Shown here piece by piece: positions 1-8,554 of a stretch of 36,507 bases of DNA (its first letter is position 1; the number at the start of each line of letters is the position of its first letter). The notes below the pieces were generated by a model. That model searched no databases. It was given only the letters and a program-made list of their open reading frames with translations, and had not been told where the DNA came from. The stretch is taken from the IMG/VR virus record IMGVR_UViG_3300047321_000299. One strand, written 5' to 3'. The stretch is from a virus. A program made the position numbers and the translations under genes.

Positions 1-127
1 CAGGTTGTAGACCATTTCGACCTGCCAACCGGTCGTGGTTGTGGTCGGCACCCGGGCGCTGAGGGTGGCGGGGTTCTTGATGGTGGGTAGCGCCGAGGAT
101 CCGCCGAGGGTGTCGACGGCGGCCCAA
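1..127. repeat. Terminal overlap, copy 1 (identical to 36381-36507)
   Basis: Base-by-base comparison shows 127/127 identity. The repeat lies inside one continuous reading frame. Confidence 0.95.
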
Positions 128-1284
128 TCGACCCCGGTCAACTGCAACGGCTTCACACCGCGCACCGGGCTGTACGCGCTGGCGATGGCGGCGGGGCCCT
201 CCTCCATCGGCCAGTACGCGAGCAGGGCCGGGGCGGACGGGATACGGCGGCGCAGCGTCGAGCTGAGGCCCTTCTGCCCCTGGCCCATCCTGCGCGTCAC
301 CCCGGCCGCCTCGATCGGCACCCACACGTCACGGCCGGACACGTCCCACCGCGGGGGCCAGGTGCTGACCTCGCCGGTGAACCGGTACTCGCGGTCGCTG
401 ATCGCGGCCGCACTGCCGAGGGTCCAGAGACGGCCGGCCGCATCAGTCCATCCGGTCGTGCCGGGGGTCAGTGCCCGGGTGTCGAGGGCGGCGACGACGG
501 GGCCGTCGATGCCGTTGCGGACCTCGGCGCGGTGCACCCTGCCTGTCAGGGGAGCTACCCCCGACGCGGCGATGGGGGCGACCTCCAGCGGCGGGGTACC
601 GGCGAACACGCTCGTGACGCCTGCGGCCGTGAACGGGACATCGATCATGGTCCAGGGGCCGTCCATCGACGGTGCCCAGTACATCGTTGCGGTGAATCCG
701 CCGGCCCCGTTGTTGACGTCCAGGACGGCGCGCAGTGCGGCCCGCCGCGGCAGTGCGGGCAGGGGCCGAGAGACGAACAGGGTGGCGCTCCCGGCCGTCG
801 ACCAGTTGAGCGTCAGCCACCCGGGTTCGAGGCGCAGCAGGTAGCACCTTTGGTTGGCCGTCGAGTCCCACTTGCCGATCAGGGACTGACTCTGGACAGC
901 GGTCCAGTCCTCGGCCGTTGCTTCGACTCGTAGGTCGAGGTCGCCGACGATGTCGAGCGCGGCGACGTCCGGCGTGCGGGCGTACGACGATGTGGAGCCG
1001 TCCAGGGCGAGGTACGACTCGGGACCGGGCACGGATACCCGCAAGGGTGTGTTGCGGCCGATCAGCCCGTAGTAGGGCGACATGGGGTTGCGCGGGCTGT
1101 ACTTCCCGCTGCGGTTGTTGAGGCTCATCGAGCAGCGCGACGGGTCGGTCGTGGATGCCTCGTCGGCCGCTCCCCGATCGATGGTGATCGGGTCGCGGGT
1201 GAACGTGTCGCGGGTGATGTCGACCCACGTCGAGGCGACCTGAATTTCGGTCCGCACGTCCAACGGAGTATTCGGGAACGTCAC
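1..1284 (-). CDS. Tail-tip / distal tail (Dit-like) protein, 5' part (about aa 1-386 of a 1,079-aa ORF that continues across the circular junction to 34425)
   Basis: I checked plus-strand triplets 1-3, 4-6 ... 1282-1284 and found no tta/cta/tca, so the minus frame is open over the whole span. GTG at 1284 follows AAAGGGGGG by 5 nt and lies 13 nt after the tape-measure stop. The N-terminus VTFPNTPLDVRTEIQVASTWVDITRD...CSMSLNNRSGKYSPRNPMSPYYG resembles siphophage Dit N-domains. The track omits this ORF because it has no in-window stop. Confidence 0.8.
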   Translation of the reverse strand, partial: MTFPNTPLDVRTEIQVASTWVDITRDTFTRDPITIDRGAADEASTTDPSRCSMSLNNRSGKYSPRNPMSPYYGLIGRNTPLRVSVPGPESYLALDGSTSSYARTPDVAALDIVGDLDLRVEATAEDWTAVQSQSLIGKWDSTANQRCYLLRLEPGWLTLNWSTAGSATLFVSRPLPALPRRAALRAVLDVNNGAGGFTATMYWAPSMDGPWTMIDVPFTAAGVTSVFAGTPPLEVAPIAASGVAPLTGRVHRAEVRNGIDGPVVAALDTRALTPGTTGWTDAAGRLWTLGSAAAISDREYRFTGEVSTWPPRWDVSGRDVWVPIEAAGVTRRMGQGQKGLSSTLRRRIPSAPALLAYWPMEEGPAAIASAYSPVRGVKPLQLTGVDWAAVDTLGGSSALPTIKNPATLSARVPTTTTTGWQVEMVYNL

Positions 1285-1297
1285 GTGTTCCCCCCTT

Positions 1298-3514
1298 TCA
1301 TGCTGCGCCGAATGCGGTCTGTACGGAGCCGCGGCCGTCCACGCGGACCATGCGGCGGATGAGCCGCTTCATGTCGCTGTCCGCGCCGGTGACGTCCAGG
1401 ACGATGCGGCCGCCGCCCACCGCGCCGCCCGATGCCCTGCCGGCCTGCGCTGCTACTGCGGCGGCCGTGGCCGCGCCCGGGGTGGGCACGGACACCAGGT
1501 TTCGCATGGTGCGATCGATGACGCCTGCGTTGTCCTCGGCGCCTTGGGCGATACCGGCCGGGATCCACTGGCCGACCTGATCGGCGAGTACGCGCGACGG
1601 CGAGTGGATGCCGAGGGCGTCCGCGATAGGCCCGGGGATCATTGACTTGGCGAATGACATCAGCTGCGAGCGCAGCCATGAGCCCATCGACTGAACGCCG
1701 TTGAGCAGGCCGCGGATAAGGTCGCGGCCCTTGTCGGCCAGGAGCGTGTTGAGATTCCCGATCGCGCTCATGATGCGGCCGGGCAGACCACGCACCCACC
1801 CGATGAAGTCGGTCACCTTCGTCGCGGCCATGGTCCGAAAGGCGGTGAAGCCCTTACGGGCTGCGCCGGCCAGGGATACGCCGAGGCCTGCGAGGGCCAT
1901 CACTGCGCGGTTGGGAAGGCCGACCAGCCACAGCACCAGGCCGACGAACTTTTCGATGGCCCAGTCTGCTGCCTGCCCGAACCAACCGGCGAGCATCGCT
2001 GGCAGTCCGGCGAACCAATTGATGGCGATGGCGATTCCGGCGATGGCCGTGGAAATGACGGCCTGTATCGCGCCCCATGCGGTCTGCACGATGTTCCGGA
2101 AAGTCTCGCTGTGCTGGTAGGCGAGGATGATCACGGCGATAAGGCCGATGATCGCGCCGATGATGAGCACGATGGGGTTGGCAGCCATAACGGCGTTGAA
2201 GATCGCCTGTGCGACGGTCCACACGCCCATGGCCGTGGCCACGCCGATGACGACACCGGCGAGCGGGCCGATCACGGCAATGTTCTTCGTGACGTACTTG
2301 GCGAACACTTCGAGGATGGGCACGACGGTGTTGCCGAGCAACTCGACGAACCCTTGCGTAAACCCGCGCTTGAGCTGCTCGATGCGCGCCCCGGCCGTCT
2401 CGTGCAGGCTCTTGCCGAGCCGGTCCGTTGCCCCTGCGGCCTTGTCCATGCCGGACGATGCGGCCGCGGTTGCCGGGTCCAGCGCGAACAGGGCCTCGCC
2501 CATGACGGTGCCCGGGTCGCCGAACAGGGCAGTGGCGGCGTTGAGCTTGACTGTCTCGTCTTTGGTGCCGCGCAGTGCGTCGAGGGTCTGCTGTAGGGCC
2601 TCCTCGGCGCTGCTGCCGCCCTTGCCGATCTTCTGTGCCATCGTGTCGGCGTTCAGCCCGATGGAGGCGAACGCCTCCTGCACGCCCGTGCTGCTCGACA
2701 GGGCGAGCTCGCCGAACTGCCCGATGGCGTCGGCGACCTGGTCGCTGTCGCGCGCACCCGCTTTCACGGCCTGGTCGATCAGGCCGAGGGCCGTCTGTCC
2801 GTCGAGGCCGACGCGCCGGAACTGCGTCGAGTACTCGTTGAACGTCTCCAACAAGTCGTCCGCTTTGTTGGCGCTGGTCGTGAAGCCTGCCGCGAGGATG
2901 TCGAACGCTTCATTGGCGCTCGATGCGAGGCCGGTGCGCAGCATCTGCGACACGGCGTTCGTCACACCGCCGAGCTCCTGGTCGAACGTGCCCGCGAGGT
3001 CGGCGACCTTGGTCGAGATGGACTGAATCTGTGCGTTGGTGGCGCCCGGCGGGAGCAGGCCGGAACCCATGGTTGCTTGGATGGTGTCCGCGGCGGTCTG
3101 GAAGTCCTCGGTGATCGCGTTCGCGTACAAGTCGCCTGCGATCTCTCCCAGCCGCTTCGCTTCGGCCGGCGTCTTGCCGAGCTGCGCGCCGAGCTTCGCC
3201 GTGATCTGCTGCTGTTCGACGGCTTGGGCCACGCCTTCCATGAGCGCCGCGCCGATGCCTGCGCCGATGGTCGCGGCGGCGAATCCGCGCAGCTTGCTCC
3301 CCATGCCCTCGACGGCCTGGTCGGCGCCGTCCTCGGCGCCCTCGGCGAGGCCGTCGCCGAGGGCCTGGCCGGAGTCGCGGCCGATGTCGCCCGCGTCGGA
3401 CACGGCGCGGTCTCCGGTGGTTCTGAGGCGCCCCTCGAACCGGCGCAGTCCGGCGGCGCCCTGGCTGTCGTCGACACTGATCGTTGCGGCGAGCTCGCCC
3501 ACTTGAAGCGCCAT
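1298..3514 (-). CDS. Tape measure protein (738 aa)
   Basis: This is the longest ORF directly downstream of the G/GT chaperones. It has an Ala/Gly-rich helical N-half and a cluster of hydrophobic helices (VIGPLAGVVIGVATAMGVWTV, IIGAIIGLIAVIILAY, LVLWLVGLP). An AAGGAGGTG Shine-Dalgarno (SD) sequence lies about 8 nt upstream of the ATG. Confidence 0.85.
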   Translation of the reverse strand: MALQVGELAATISVDDSQGAAGLRRFEGRLRTTGDRAVSDAGDIGRDSGQALGDGLAEGAEDGADQAVEGMGSKLRGFAAATIGAGIGAALMEGVAQAVEQQQITAKLGAQLGKTPAEAKRLGEIAGDLYANAITEDFQTAADTIQATMGSGLLPPGATNAQIQSISTKVADLAGTFDQELGGVTNAVSQMLRTGLASSANEAFDILAAGFTTSANKADDLLETFNEYSTQFRRVGLDGQTALGLIDQAVKAGARDSDQVADAIGQFGELALSSSTGVQEAFASIGLNADTMAQKIGKGGSSAEEALQQTLDALRGTKDETVKLNAATALFGDPGTVMGEALFALDPATAAASSGMDKAAGATDRLGKSLHETAGARIEQLKRGFTQGFVELLGNTVVPILEVFAKYVTKNIAVIGPLAGVVIGVATAMGVWTVAQAIFNAVMAANPIVLIIGAIIGLIAVIILAYQHSETFRNIVQTAWGAIQAVISTAIAGIAIAINWFAGLPAMLAGWFGQAADWAIEKFVGLVLWLVGLPNRAVMALAGLGVSLAGAARKGFTAFRTMAATKVTDFIGWVRGLPGRIMSAIGNLNTLLADKGRDLIRGLLNGVQSMGSWLRSQLMSFAKSMIPGPIADALGIHSPSRVLADQVGQWIPAGIAQGAEDNAGVIDRTMRNLVSVPTPGAATAAAVAAQAGRASGGAVGGGRIVLDVTGADSDMKRLIRRMVRVDGRGSVQTAFGAA

Positions 3515-3556
3515 GCGCGGCCACCTCCTTGTCTGTGGCCGCGCGTGCGCGCGGGA

Positions 3557-4251
3557 TCAGCCGCCGCGCGTGGGGCGCGGTGGCTCGGGTGGGGGGTTGT
3601 TGAGTCGAGACAGGCGGGAGTCGGCCGAGAGCAGGCCATAGATGCGCACCCGTAGCCATCGCCACGAACGGGTGTCGAGCAGGCCGGGGGCGCCGACGTC
3701 CACGCCGTAGATCTCGTGCAAGTCGGCCTCGACGATGGGCCACTCGTCGAGGATCTGCGGCCAACTCACGTGCGGCGCGCGCCCTTGCCCTTTCCGCGGG
3801 GCCGTGCCGGGCGGGTACTCGTACCACTCGTAGAGCCCCGAGACTGGGTCGAGCTCGCCGCACCCGACGGGTTGCGGCGCTGCTGCCTGTTCGAGGCCAG
3901 ACGATTTGGGTCGCCACCGGAGTTCCAGAACCGTTCGGCCTGTTCCTTGTTCTGGACGATCCACACCATGGCGGTGATGGCGGCGTGTTTCATGGCCGGC
4001 CACGTCACGCCGTCGTCGACCATCTCGTCGTACGCGGTGCCGAGGACGTCCGCGTACAGGTCGCGTTCGGCTGCGTCGGCGAGGACGGTCTCGTCTACGC
4101 GGCCGCCGTCCGCGGCGATGGCGGCGGCCTGCATGATGGCCTGCGTGCGCAGACCGATCGCGGCCGACGGGGCGGGGATGCGGTAGGTCTTCCCGCCGAG
4201 CGGGAGGCGCAGCTCGTCGTCGAGCAGTTCGCCCAGTGCTTCAAATGCCAT
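3557..4251 (-). CDS. Tail assembly chaperone GT fusion (about 231 aa) made by -1 programmed frameshift
   Basis: Frame 0 from ATG 4251 reaches the heptamer C CCA AAT (3910-3904). The -1 frame is open from there to the stop at 3557 and is the frame of track ORF 3557..4003. The position between the tail tube gene and the tape measure is canonical. Confidence 0.75.
3766..4251 (-). CDS. Tail assembly chaperone G (161 aa, frame-0 product)
   Basis: The internal ATG at 4251 of track ORF 3766..4659 is preceded by TAAGGAGAG, which overlaps the major-tail stop. The upstream part of the track ORF overlaps the major tail gene and is Arg/Pro-rich junk. Confidence 0.8.
   Translation of the reverse strand: MAFEALGELLDDELRLPLGGKTYRIPAPSAAIGLRTQAIMQAAAIAADGGRVDETVLADAAERDLYADVLGTAYDEMVDDGVTWPAMKHAAITAMVWIVQNKEQAERFWNSGGDPNRLASNRQQRRNPSGAASSTQSRGSTSGTSTRPARPRGKGKGARRT
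3904..3910 (-). promoter_or_regulatory. -1 ribosomal frameshift slippery heptamer CCCAAAT (X XXY YYZ)
   Basis: The plus strand reads atttggg. In the G frame it reads GA|C CCA AAT|. The -1 frame reads CCC AAA TCG and continues open for 116 codons. Confidence 0.7.
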
Positions 4252-4265
4252 GGGTGGAACTCTCC

Positions 4266-4745
4266 TTACGTGGCGGGGTTGGTGATCTCGGTCGGCGCGC
4301 CGTGGCCGGTGAGCGTGACCTTGATGGACTCCAGCTCTTCGGAGTCGCCACCCTCGGGCTCCCACGTCACAAGCGCGAGCCCCTCCCAGTTGTCGCCGTC
4401 GCGGCCGTCGCGGTCGTACCACCGCACGTGCACGTACGACAGGGCGCCGAACGAACGGCCCGCGAGGCGGAGCTTTTCCTGAGCGGCGTTGAACGCCTTG
4501 GTGGTGGGGTGCGCCCGGCGCAGGAACGTTGCCTCGGCCGACCATGTGAGCTTGGTGCGGGTGACCTGTCCCCATCCGTCCGACCCGTAGTCGGTGGAGT
4601 CCTGGTCGGTCGGCTCGATTTTCGGGGCGAACTCGGACATGCCCGGGACGACGGCCCATGAAGGGGTGCCGGTCGCCGACAGGTCGATTTCCAGCCGGTA
4701 GCGGCGGGCGAGCAGGGTTGCGGACTCGGCGGCGATGTCAGCCAC
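4266..4745 (-). CDS. Major tail (tube) protein (159 aa)
   Basis: Assigned from its position between the connector genes and G/GT. A GAGAGGAG SD lies upstream and the size is typical. No sequence-specific motif was recognised. Confidence 0.65.
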   Translation of the reverse strand: MADIAAESATLLARRYRLEIDLSATGTPSWAVVPGMSEFAPKIEPTDQDSTDYGSDGWGQVTRTKLTWSAEATFLRRAHPTTKAFNAAQEKLRLAGRSFGALSYVHVRWYDRDGRDGDNWEGLALVTWEPEGGDSEELESIKVTLTGHGAPTEITNPAT

Positions 4746-4759
4746 GGTGTCGGCTCCTC

Positions 4760-5191
4760 TCAGTCAAGGTTGGGATGCGCCCGGTTGGCGCGGATGGTGT
4801 AGTTGCTGGTCCGCTCGAACCGGCCGGTGGTGTCGGCTCCGAGCGAGGCGGCCGAGGCGCGGTAGATGAGCGCGACGGGGTGGCCGTTGAGGTCGAGCGG
4901 CCCGGCGGCGTGCAGTACCGCGAACACCTGGTCGTCGAGGGCGGCGACGTCGCGCGGGTCCTGGCCGGCGCGGGTGCGGACCTGCACGGAAACGGTGGTG
5001 TCGGTGACGGCGGCAGACTCGGTTCCCGCGTAGGCGGTCAGGCAGATGACGCGGTCGGGGGCGTCCGGCATCACCGTGTCAGTGATGGCGGTCTCTCCTG
5101 CGGCGTAGATGCCATCGGGCCGGTACGTCCCGGCGCCGTTCGCGGCGAGCAGCTGGGCGAGGCCGTCGACGACGTCGACGAGAAAGCTCAC
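4760..5191 (-). CDS. Tail terminator / tail completion protein, putative (143 aa)
   Basis: GTG 5191 forms a GTGA overlap with the upstream stop. The internal start was chosen because the track ORF N-terminus is Arg/Pro junk. Function is assigned by position only. Confidence 0.55.
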   Translation of the reverse strand: MSFLVDVVDGLAQLLAANGAGTYRPDGIYAAGETAITDTVMPDAPDRVICLTAYAGTESAAVTDTTVSVQVRTRAGQDPRDVAALDDQVFAVLHAAGPLDLNGHPVALIYRASAASLGADTTGRFERTSNYTIRANRAHPNLD

Positions 5192-5538
5192 CGCAGTGCC
5201 CTCCGTACCTGTGCGGCGATGAGCGCGGTTGCCGTGTCGGCCTCCTCGATGAGAGGCCGTTCGAGGTACTTGGCGGTGCGCCCGGCGTCGTGCTGGTAGT
5301 TCAACTCTTCGTGCTGGCGCACCGCGTACGGGGTGTCGTACGACACGGCGGCGGTGAGGTTCGCCTCGTCGACGGTGGCGACGCCTGAGCGTTCGAGGGT
5401 GGCCTCCTCGATCGGCACCCGTCCGCGCGATACGGCGAGGACGTGCTCGGCGGCGAGGCGTAGGCCGAGGGCGGAGCCCTGGCGCATGGCGGCGAGGGCT
5501 ATGTCGCCGTCCCATCGGATGGGACCGGACTGCGTCAC
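5188..5538 (-). CDS. HK97 gp10-like head-tail joining protein, putative (116 aa)
   Basis: GTG 5538 forms a GTGA overlap. The segment ...AAVSYDTPYAVRQHEEL... resembles the conserved core of the gp10 family. Confidence 0.55.
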   Translation of the reverse strand: MTQSGPIRWDGDIALAAMRQGSALGLRLAAEHVLAVSRGRVPIEEATLERSGVATVDEANLTAAVSYDTPYAVRQHEELNYQHDAGRTAKYLERPLIEEADTATALIAAQVRRALR

Positions 5539-5855
5539 TCGCACATCACCTCCGTACAGGCGGGCACCGGGAGGCCCGGCGCGGTGTGCTGCGCGTTGCT
5601 GATCACGACGGTGGTGCGCCCGTCCGGCAGGGTGACGCGTGAGCCGGTCGGGCAGTCGAGGCCGGGGGCGGCGATGATCTGCGCGGTGGAAACGACCTCG
5701 GCGCCCGTCGCGTCGCGTGTCCGCTTGATGGTGCTGGCGACCATGGCGGGCACGTCCGCGACGGGCGGCCCGTAGCGGGGCCCGTACGCCCCTACGCCGA
5801 GGTAGGGCTCGATGGTGATCCGGTGGCGCAGCAGCCATGCGGGTACGGCGGTCAC
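5535..5855 (-). CDS. Head closure / head-tail adaptor protein, putative (106 aa)
   Basis: GTG 5855 forms a GTGA overlap with the upstream stop. Function is assigned from position in the connector block. Confidence 0.5.
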   Translation of the reverse strand: MTAVPAWLLRHRITIEPYLGVGAYGPRYGPPVADVPAMVASTIKRTRDATGAEVVSTAQIIAAPGLDCPTGSRVTLPDGRTTVVISNAQHTAPGLPVPACTEVMCE

Positions 5856-6235
5856 CAGATCACCCCCGGCAGGAGTCCGGCGCGCCGTAGGGCTCGGTCG
5901 GCGCGCGGGGCGATGTCGACGTCCCCCGCCCCGCGCGGTGCGTCCTTGCGGCCGGACAGGGCTACCGGGCCGATGCTGACGGAGTCCCATCGGCCGGCCG
6001 CGCCGGTGCCGTCGTCGCCGGTCGCCCGCTGGTACTCGACCTGCGCGCACGTCGCCTCACTGAGTGCGGCGACGATGGCGGGATCGGTGGGCATGCCCTC
6101 GACGTCGGTGCAGTAGACGGCCGTGCGCAAGGCGTCGTCGACGTCCTGCGAGGCGCGTGTCAGCAGCCGTTCGGCATCGGCCGGGGCGGGCTGGCCGGTG
6201 TAGGCGGCGAGCTCCTCGGGCGTCGCGTACACCAT
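5852..6235 (-). CDS. gp6-like head-tail connector protein (127 aa)
   Basis: The N-terminus MVYATPEELAAYTG... and the size are typical of the phage gp6-like connector family. It is the first gene of the connector block. Confidence 0.6.
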   Translation of the reverse strand: MVYATPEELAAYTGQPAPADAERLLTRASQDVDDALRTAVYCTDVEGMPTDPAIVAALSEATCAQVEYQRATGDDGTGAAGRWDSVSIGPVALSGRKDAPRGAGDVDIAPRADRALRRAGLLPGVIW

Positions 6236-6248
6236 GGCCGCGCCCCCC

Positions 6249-6590
6249 TTACCTGGTCTCTTCGATCAGCCCGGCGGTGACCGAGGCGGCCGCGGACCAA
6301 TCGCAGTACACGTATCCGTCGGTCTGGAGTGCCTCCGGGCCCTCGGGGATGTACGCGGTGGCGGACGCGGCGACGGACACGACACGGTCGGGCACGGCCA
6401 GACCAGCGACGCGGCTGTTGCTACGAATGGTGACCGTGACGGCGCTCGCCGCACCGTTGCGGACGATCAGCCGGCGGCGGCCGGTGTAGCGCCACTGGTT
6501 GCCGTTGGTGCCGTCCGCGGCGGTCAGCGTGATGGCGGCGAGCGGTGCGCCTGCGGACACCGACTGTGCGACGAACTCAGTTCGAGGCAT
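6249..6590 (-). CDS. Hypothetical head-associated protein (113 aa)
   Basis: The ATG has an AGGAGG SD about 10 nt upstream, and third codon positions are strongly G/C. The sequence looks beta-rich. It lies between the capsid and connector genes. Confidence 0.7.
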   Translation of the reverse strand: MPRTEFVAQSVSAGAPLAAITLTAADGTNGNQWRYTGRRRLIVRNGAASAVTVTIRSNSRVAGLAVPDRVVSVAASATAYIPEGPEALQTDGYVYCDWSAAASVTAGLIEETR

Positions 6591-6780
6591 CGGCGGTCAC
6601 CTCCTGGTGCTCGTTCTTCTGGCGGGTACGGGAACGCCCCGCGGGCTTGGCCTGCGGGGCGTCGTGGTCCGGCTCGGGTTCCGGCTCGGCCGGGGTGTCC
6701 GACGGGGTGTCGGACGGGTCCGGCGCGGTGTCCGACGGAGTGTCGGACGCCTCGGCCTGGTGGTGGCGGCGCAGCAGCAC
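6577..6780 (-). CDS. Small acidic low-complexity protein with SDTP repeats (67 aa)
   Basis: GTG 6780 lies 7 nt after GGAAGGAGGG. The ORF is in frame with the 3' end of track ORF 6577..7155 and has high GC3. It contains SDTPSDTAPDPSDTPSDTP, encoded by a 23-bp direct repeat. Confidence 0.5.
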   Translation of the reverse strand: MLLRRHHQAEASDTPSDTAPDPSDTPSDTPAEPEPEPDHDAPQAKPAGRSRTRQKNEHQEVTADASN

Positions 6781-6800
6781 GGCGGCGCCCTCCTTCCTGA

Positions 6801-7658
6801 TCAGGTGGTGGCGAGGGTGCCGACGCACACACCGCGGTCGTTGAGGCGCTTGACGGCGTAGTGCATGGTCGTGGTGACGACGGTCGAGCGGGCGAGGATG
6901 TCGCGGTCCGACTCGACCAGCGGGCGCCGCTTGTAGAGCAGGCCAAGCGCGTTGTTCTTGAGCAGCAGAAACTTGCCCGCGGTGATCCGGTTCGTGATGA
7001 ACACGGGCACGCCACCGATCCGGCCGATAGAGCCGGTCACGGCCGCGGACGCACCGTTGCCGAGCTTCGCCGCGTCGACGAACTGCGCGTCGGCCATGGC
7101 CTCGGCGAGCTGAACGCTGTTGAGGTACAGGCCGGCGAAGTCGGACGGCTCCCACTCGTCGCCGAACTGGCCGATGGCGGGCACCATCGAGTCAGCCCAC
7201 GTGAACTTGGTCTTGCCCGTGGCGGTGGTGAACGCGAACGGAGTGCCGCCACCCTGCGCGGTCTCGTTGGCCTGCGCCTGAGCGATCAGCGCCGCGTCGA
7301 CCTTGCGGGCGGCGAGGATGCCGAACTGGCGGCGGGCCTCGGCCTCGGGGTCGCCGAGGGAGGTAAGGCGGGCCTTGTCCGTGATCTCGACCGCCTTACC
7401 GGCCTCCTTGATCGTGGCCGTGGCGTCCGCCGTCGACATGGCGGTCGGGGTCATCGCCGTGGTCTCGGTGAGGTCGTCGAGGTCGCCGATCGCCCCCCAC
7501 TTCGGGAAGTTGACGGTGTCGCCGGGGGCGCCCTCAAGGGTGTTGTCCTCGATGACGGCGGCCGATCCGGCGACGCGGACCTGTCCGACGAAAGACGCCT
7601 GCGCCATGTCGCCCCACACCTCGGGGTTGATCACAGCGGCTGCGGTGGTCTGAGCCAT
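6801..7658 (-). CDS. Major capsid protein (285 aa, no delta domain)
   Basis: It sits immediately downstream of the scaffold gene. A GGAGAGAG SD lies upstream. The size and composition fit a scaffold-dependent HK97-fold capsid protein. Confidence 0.8.
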   Translation of the reverse strand: MAQTTAAAVINPEVWGDMAQASFVGQVRVAGSAAVIEDNTLEGAPGDTVNFPKWGAIGDLDDLTETTAMTPTAMSTADATATIKEAGKAVEITDKARLTSLGDPEAEARRQFGILAARKVDAALIAQAQANETAQGGGTPFAFTTATGKTKFTWADSMVPAIGQFGDEWEPSDFAGLYLNSVQLAEAMADAQFVDAAKLGNGASAAVTGSIGRIGGVPVFITNRITAGKFLLLKNNALGLLYKRRPLVESDRDILARSTVVTTTMHYAVKRLNDRGVCVGTLATT

Positions 7659-7727
7659 GGTCGTTGCTCACTCTCTCCGGCGACGGTGCGCCGGGCTTTG
7701 GGTCGCCCGGCACGGGGCCGGGCAGTT

Positions 7728-8435
7728 TCAGGAACCGGCGAGGCGCCGGTACGTGTCGGGGTCGGACTCGTACAGCGCGGTGCGCGCGGTGTAGTCCATG
7801 GCGGCGAACTGGGCGGGGGTGACCTCGCCGTTTCCGCCGCTGGTGAAGTCGGCGCCGCCGCGGGAGGGCCCGGCGGCGCGGGCGGCGAGGTACGGCTGTG
7901 CGGTGATCGCTGCCTGAATCGCCGCGGTGACGGCCGCGGGGTCGGTCGGGTCGATGGCGGCGAGTGCTGCCATGGCCGATGTGCTGTCGAGCAGCGCGGC
8001 CGGATCGGCGCCGGCCGCGGCGGCGGTGGTGTAGACGGCGGACTGAACGGCGGCCCGCTGGGTCGCGGCCTGTCCGTCGGTGACGAGTCGCTGTGCCCAC
8101 TGCGGGAGACGCTCGACGGCGCCCTCGGCGATCGGCTCGGGCGCGGTCGGCGTGGGCTGCGGCGGCTGCCCGGCAGTCTGCGCCCGGGTCCGGTACTGGG
8201 CTGCCTCGGCGCGGGTGTTCGCGATGAGCGTCTGCGCCCATGCGGGCAGGCTGGCGACGTCCTGCGGCTCACCCTGCGGGGCGGGCTGTGCGGGCGTCTG
8301 CGGCTGTGCGGGCGCGGCCGGGTCCTGCGATGCGGGTACGGCGGCCGGGGCGCCCTGCGGGGCGGTGGCGGCCGGGGCGGCGGGTGCGGGTGCCGGGGCG
8401 GCGGGTGCCGGGGCGGTGGGGGTCGGGGTGGACAT
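7728..8435 (-). CDS. Scaffolding protein (235 aa)
   Basis: The internal ATG at 8435 has a CAGGAGGG SD. The N-terminus is Pro/Ala-rich and is followed by a helical Ala/Gln-rich body. It lies directly upstream of the capsid gene. Confidence 0.65.
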   Translation of the reverse strand: MSTPTPTAPAPAAPAPAPAAPAATAPQGAPAAVPASQDPAAPAQPQTPAQPAPQGEPQDVASLPAWAQTLIANTRAEAAQYRTRAQTAGQPPQPTPTAPEPIAEGAVERLPQWAQRLVTDGQAATQRAAVQSAVYTTAAAAGADPAALLDSTSAMAALAAIDPTDPAAVTAAIQAAITAQPYLAARAAGPSRGGADFTSGGNGEVTPAQFAAMDYTARTALYESDPDTYRRLAGS

Positions 8436-8497
8436 GGGCCCTCCTGGAGCCTTAGTCGGGGACGGGGCGCGCCTGGCGCCCCGCGTGCGGGCATACA

Positions 8498-8529
8498 GAA
8501 AAAGGGGCCCGCTCCTGGCGGACCCCTTT
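8498..8529 (-). terminator. Rho-independent terminator (minus strand)
   Basis: The minus strand reads GAAAGGGGTCCGCCAGGAGCGGGCCCCTTTTTCTGT, a GC-rich stem with one mismatch followed by a T5 run. A second 7-bp hairpin lies at 8464-8482. Confidence 0.7.
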
Positions 8530-8554
8530 CGGGTGGTGCTGTCAGTGGTGGCTG

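Noticed and set aside
1-127. Terminal repeats as attL/attR, LTRs or a biological direct terminal repeat
   Set aside because: The repeat lies within a single ORF and restores its reading frame when the ends are joined. The integrase-proximal attP candidate is elsewhere. A genuine short DTR cannot be excluded without reads.
35-1228. Track ORFs 35..844 (+), 443..1228 (-), 532..933 (+) and 918..1121 (+) at the left edge
   Set aside because: Their compositions are off-frame Arg/Pro/His-rich. The real coding frame here is the minus-strand frame that is open from 1284 to 1 and joins 34425..36431 across the junction.
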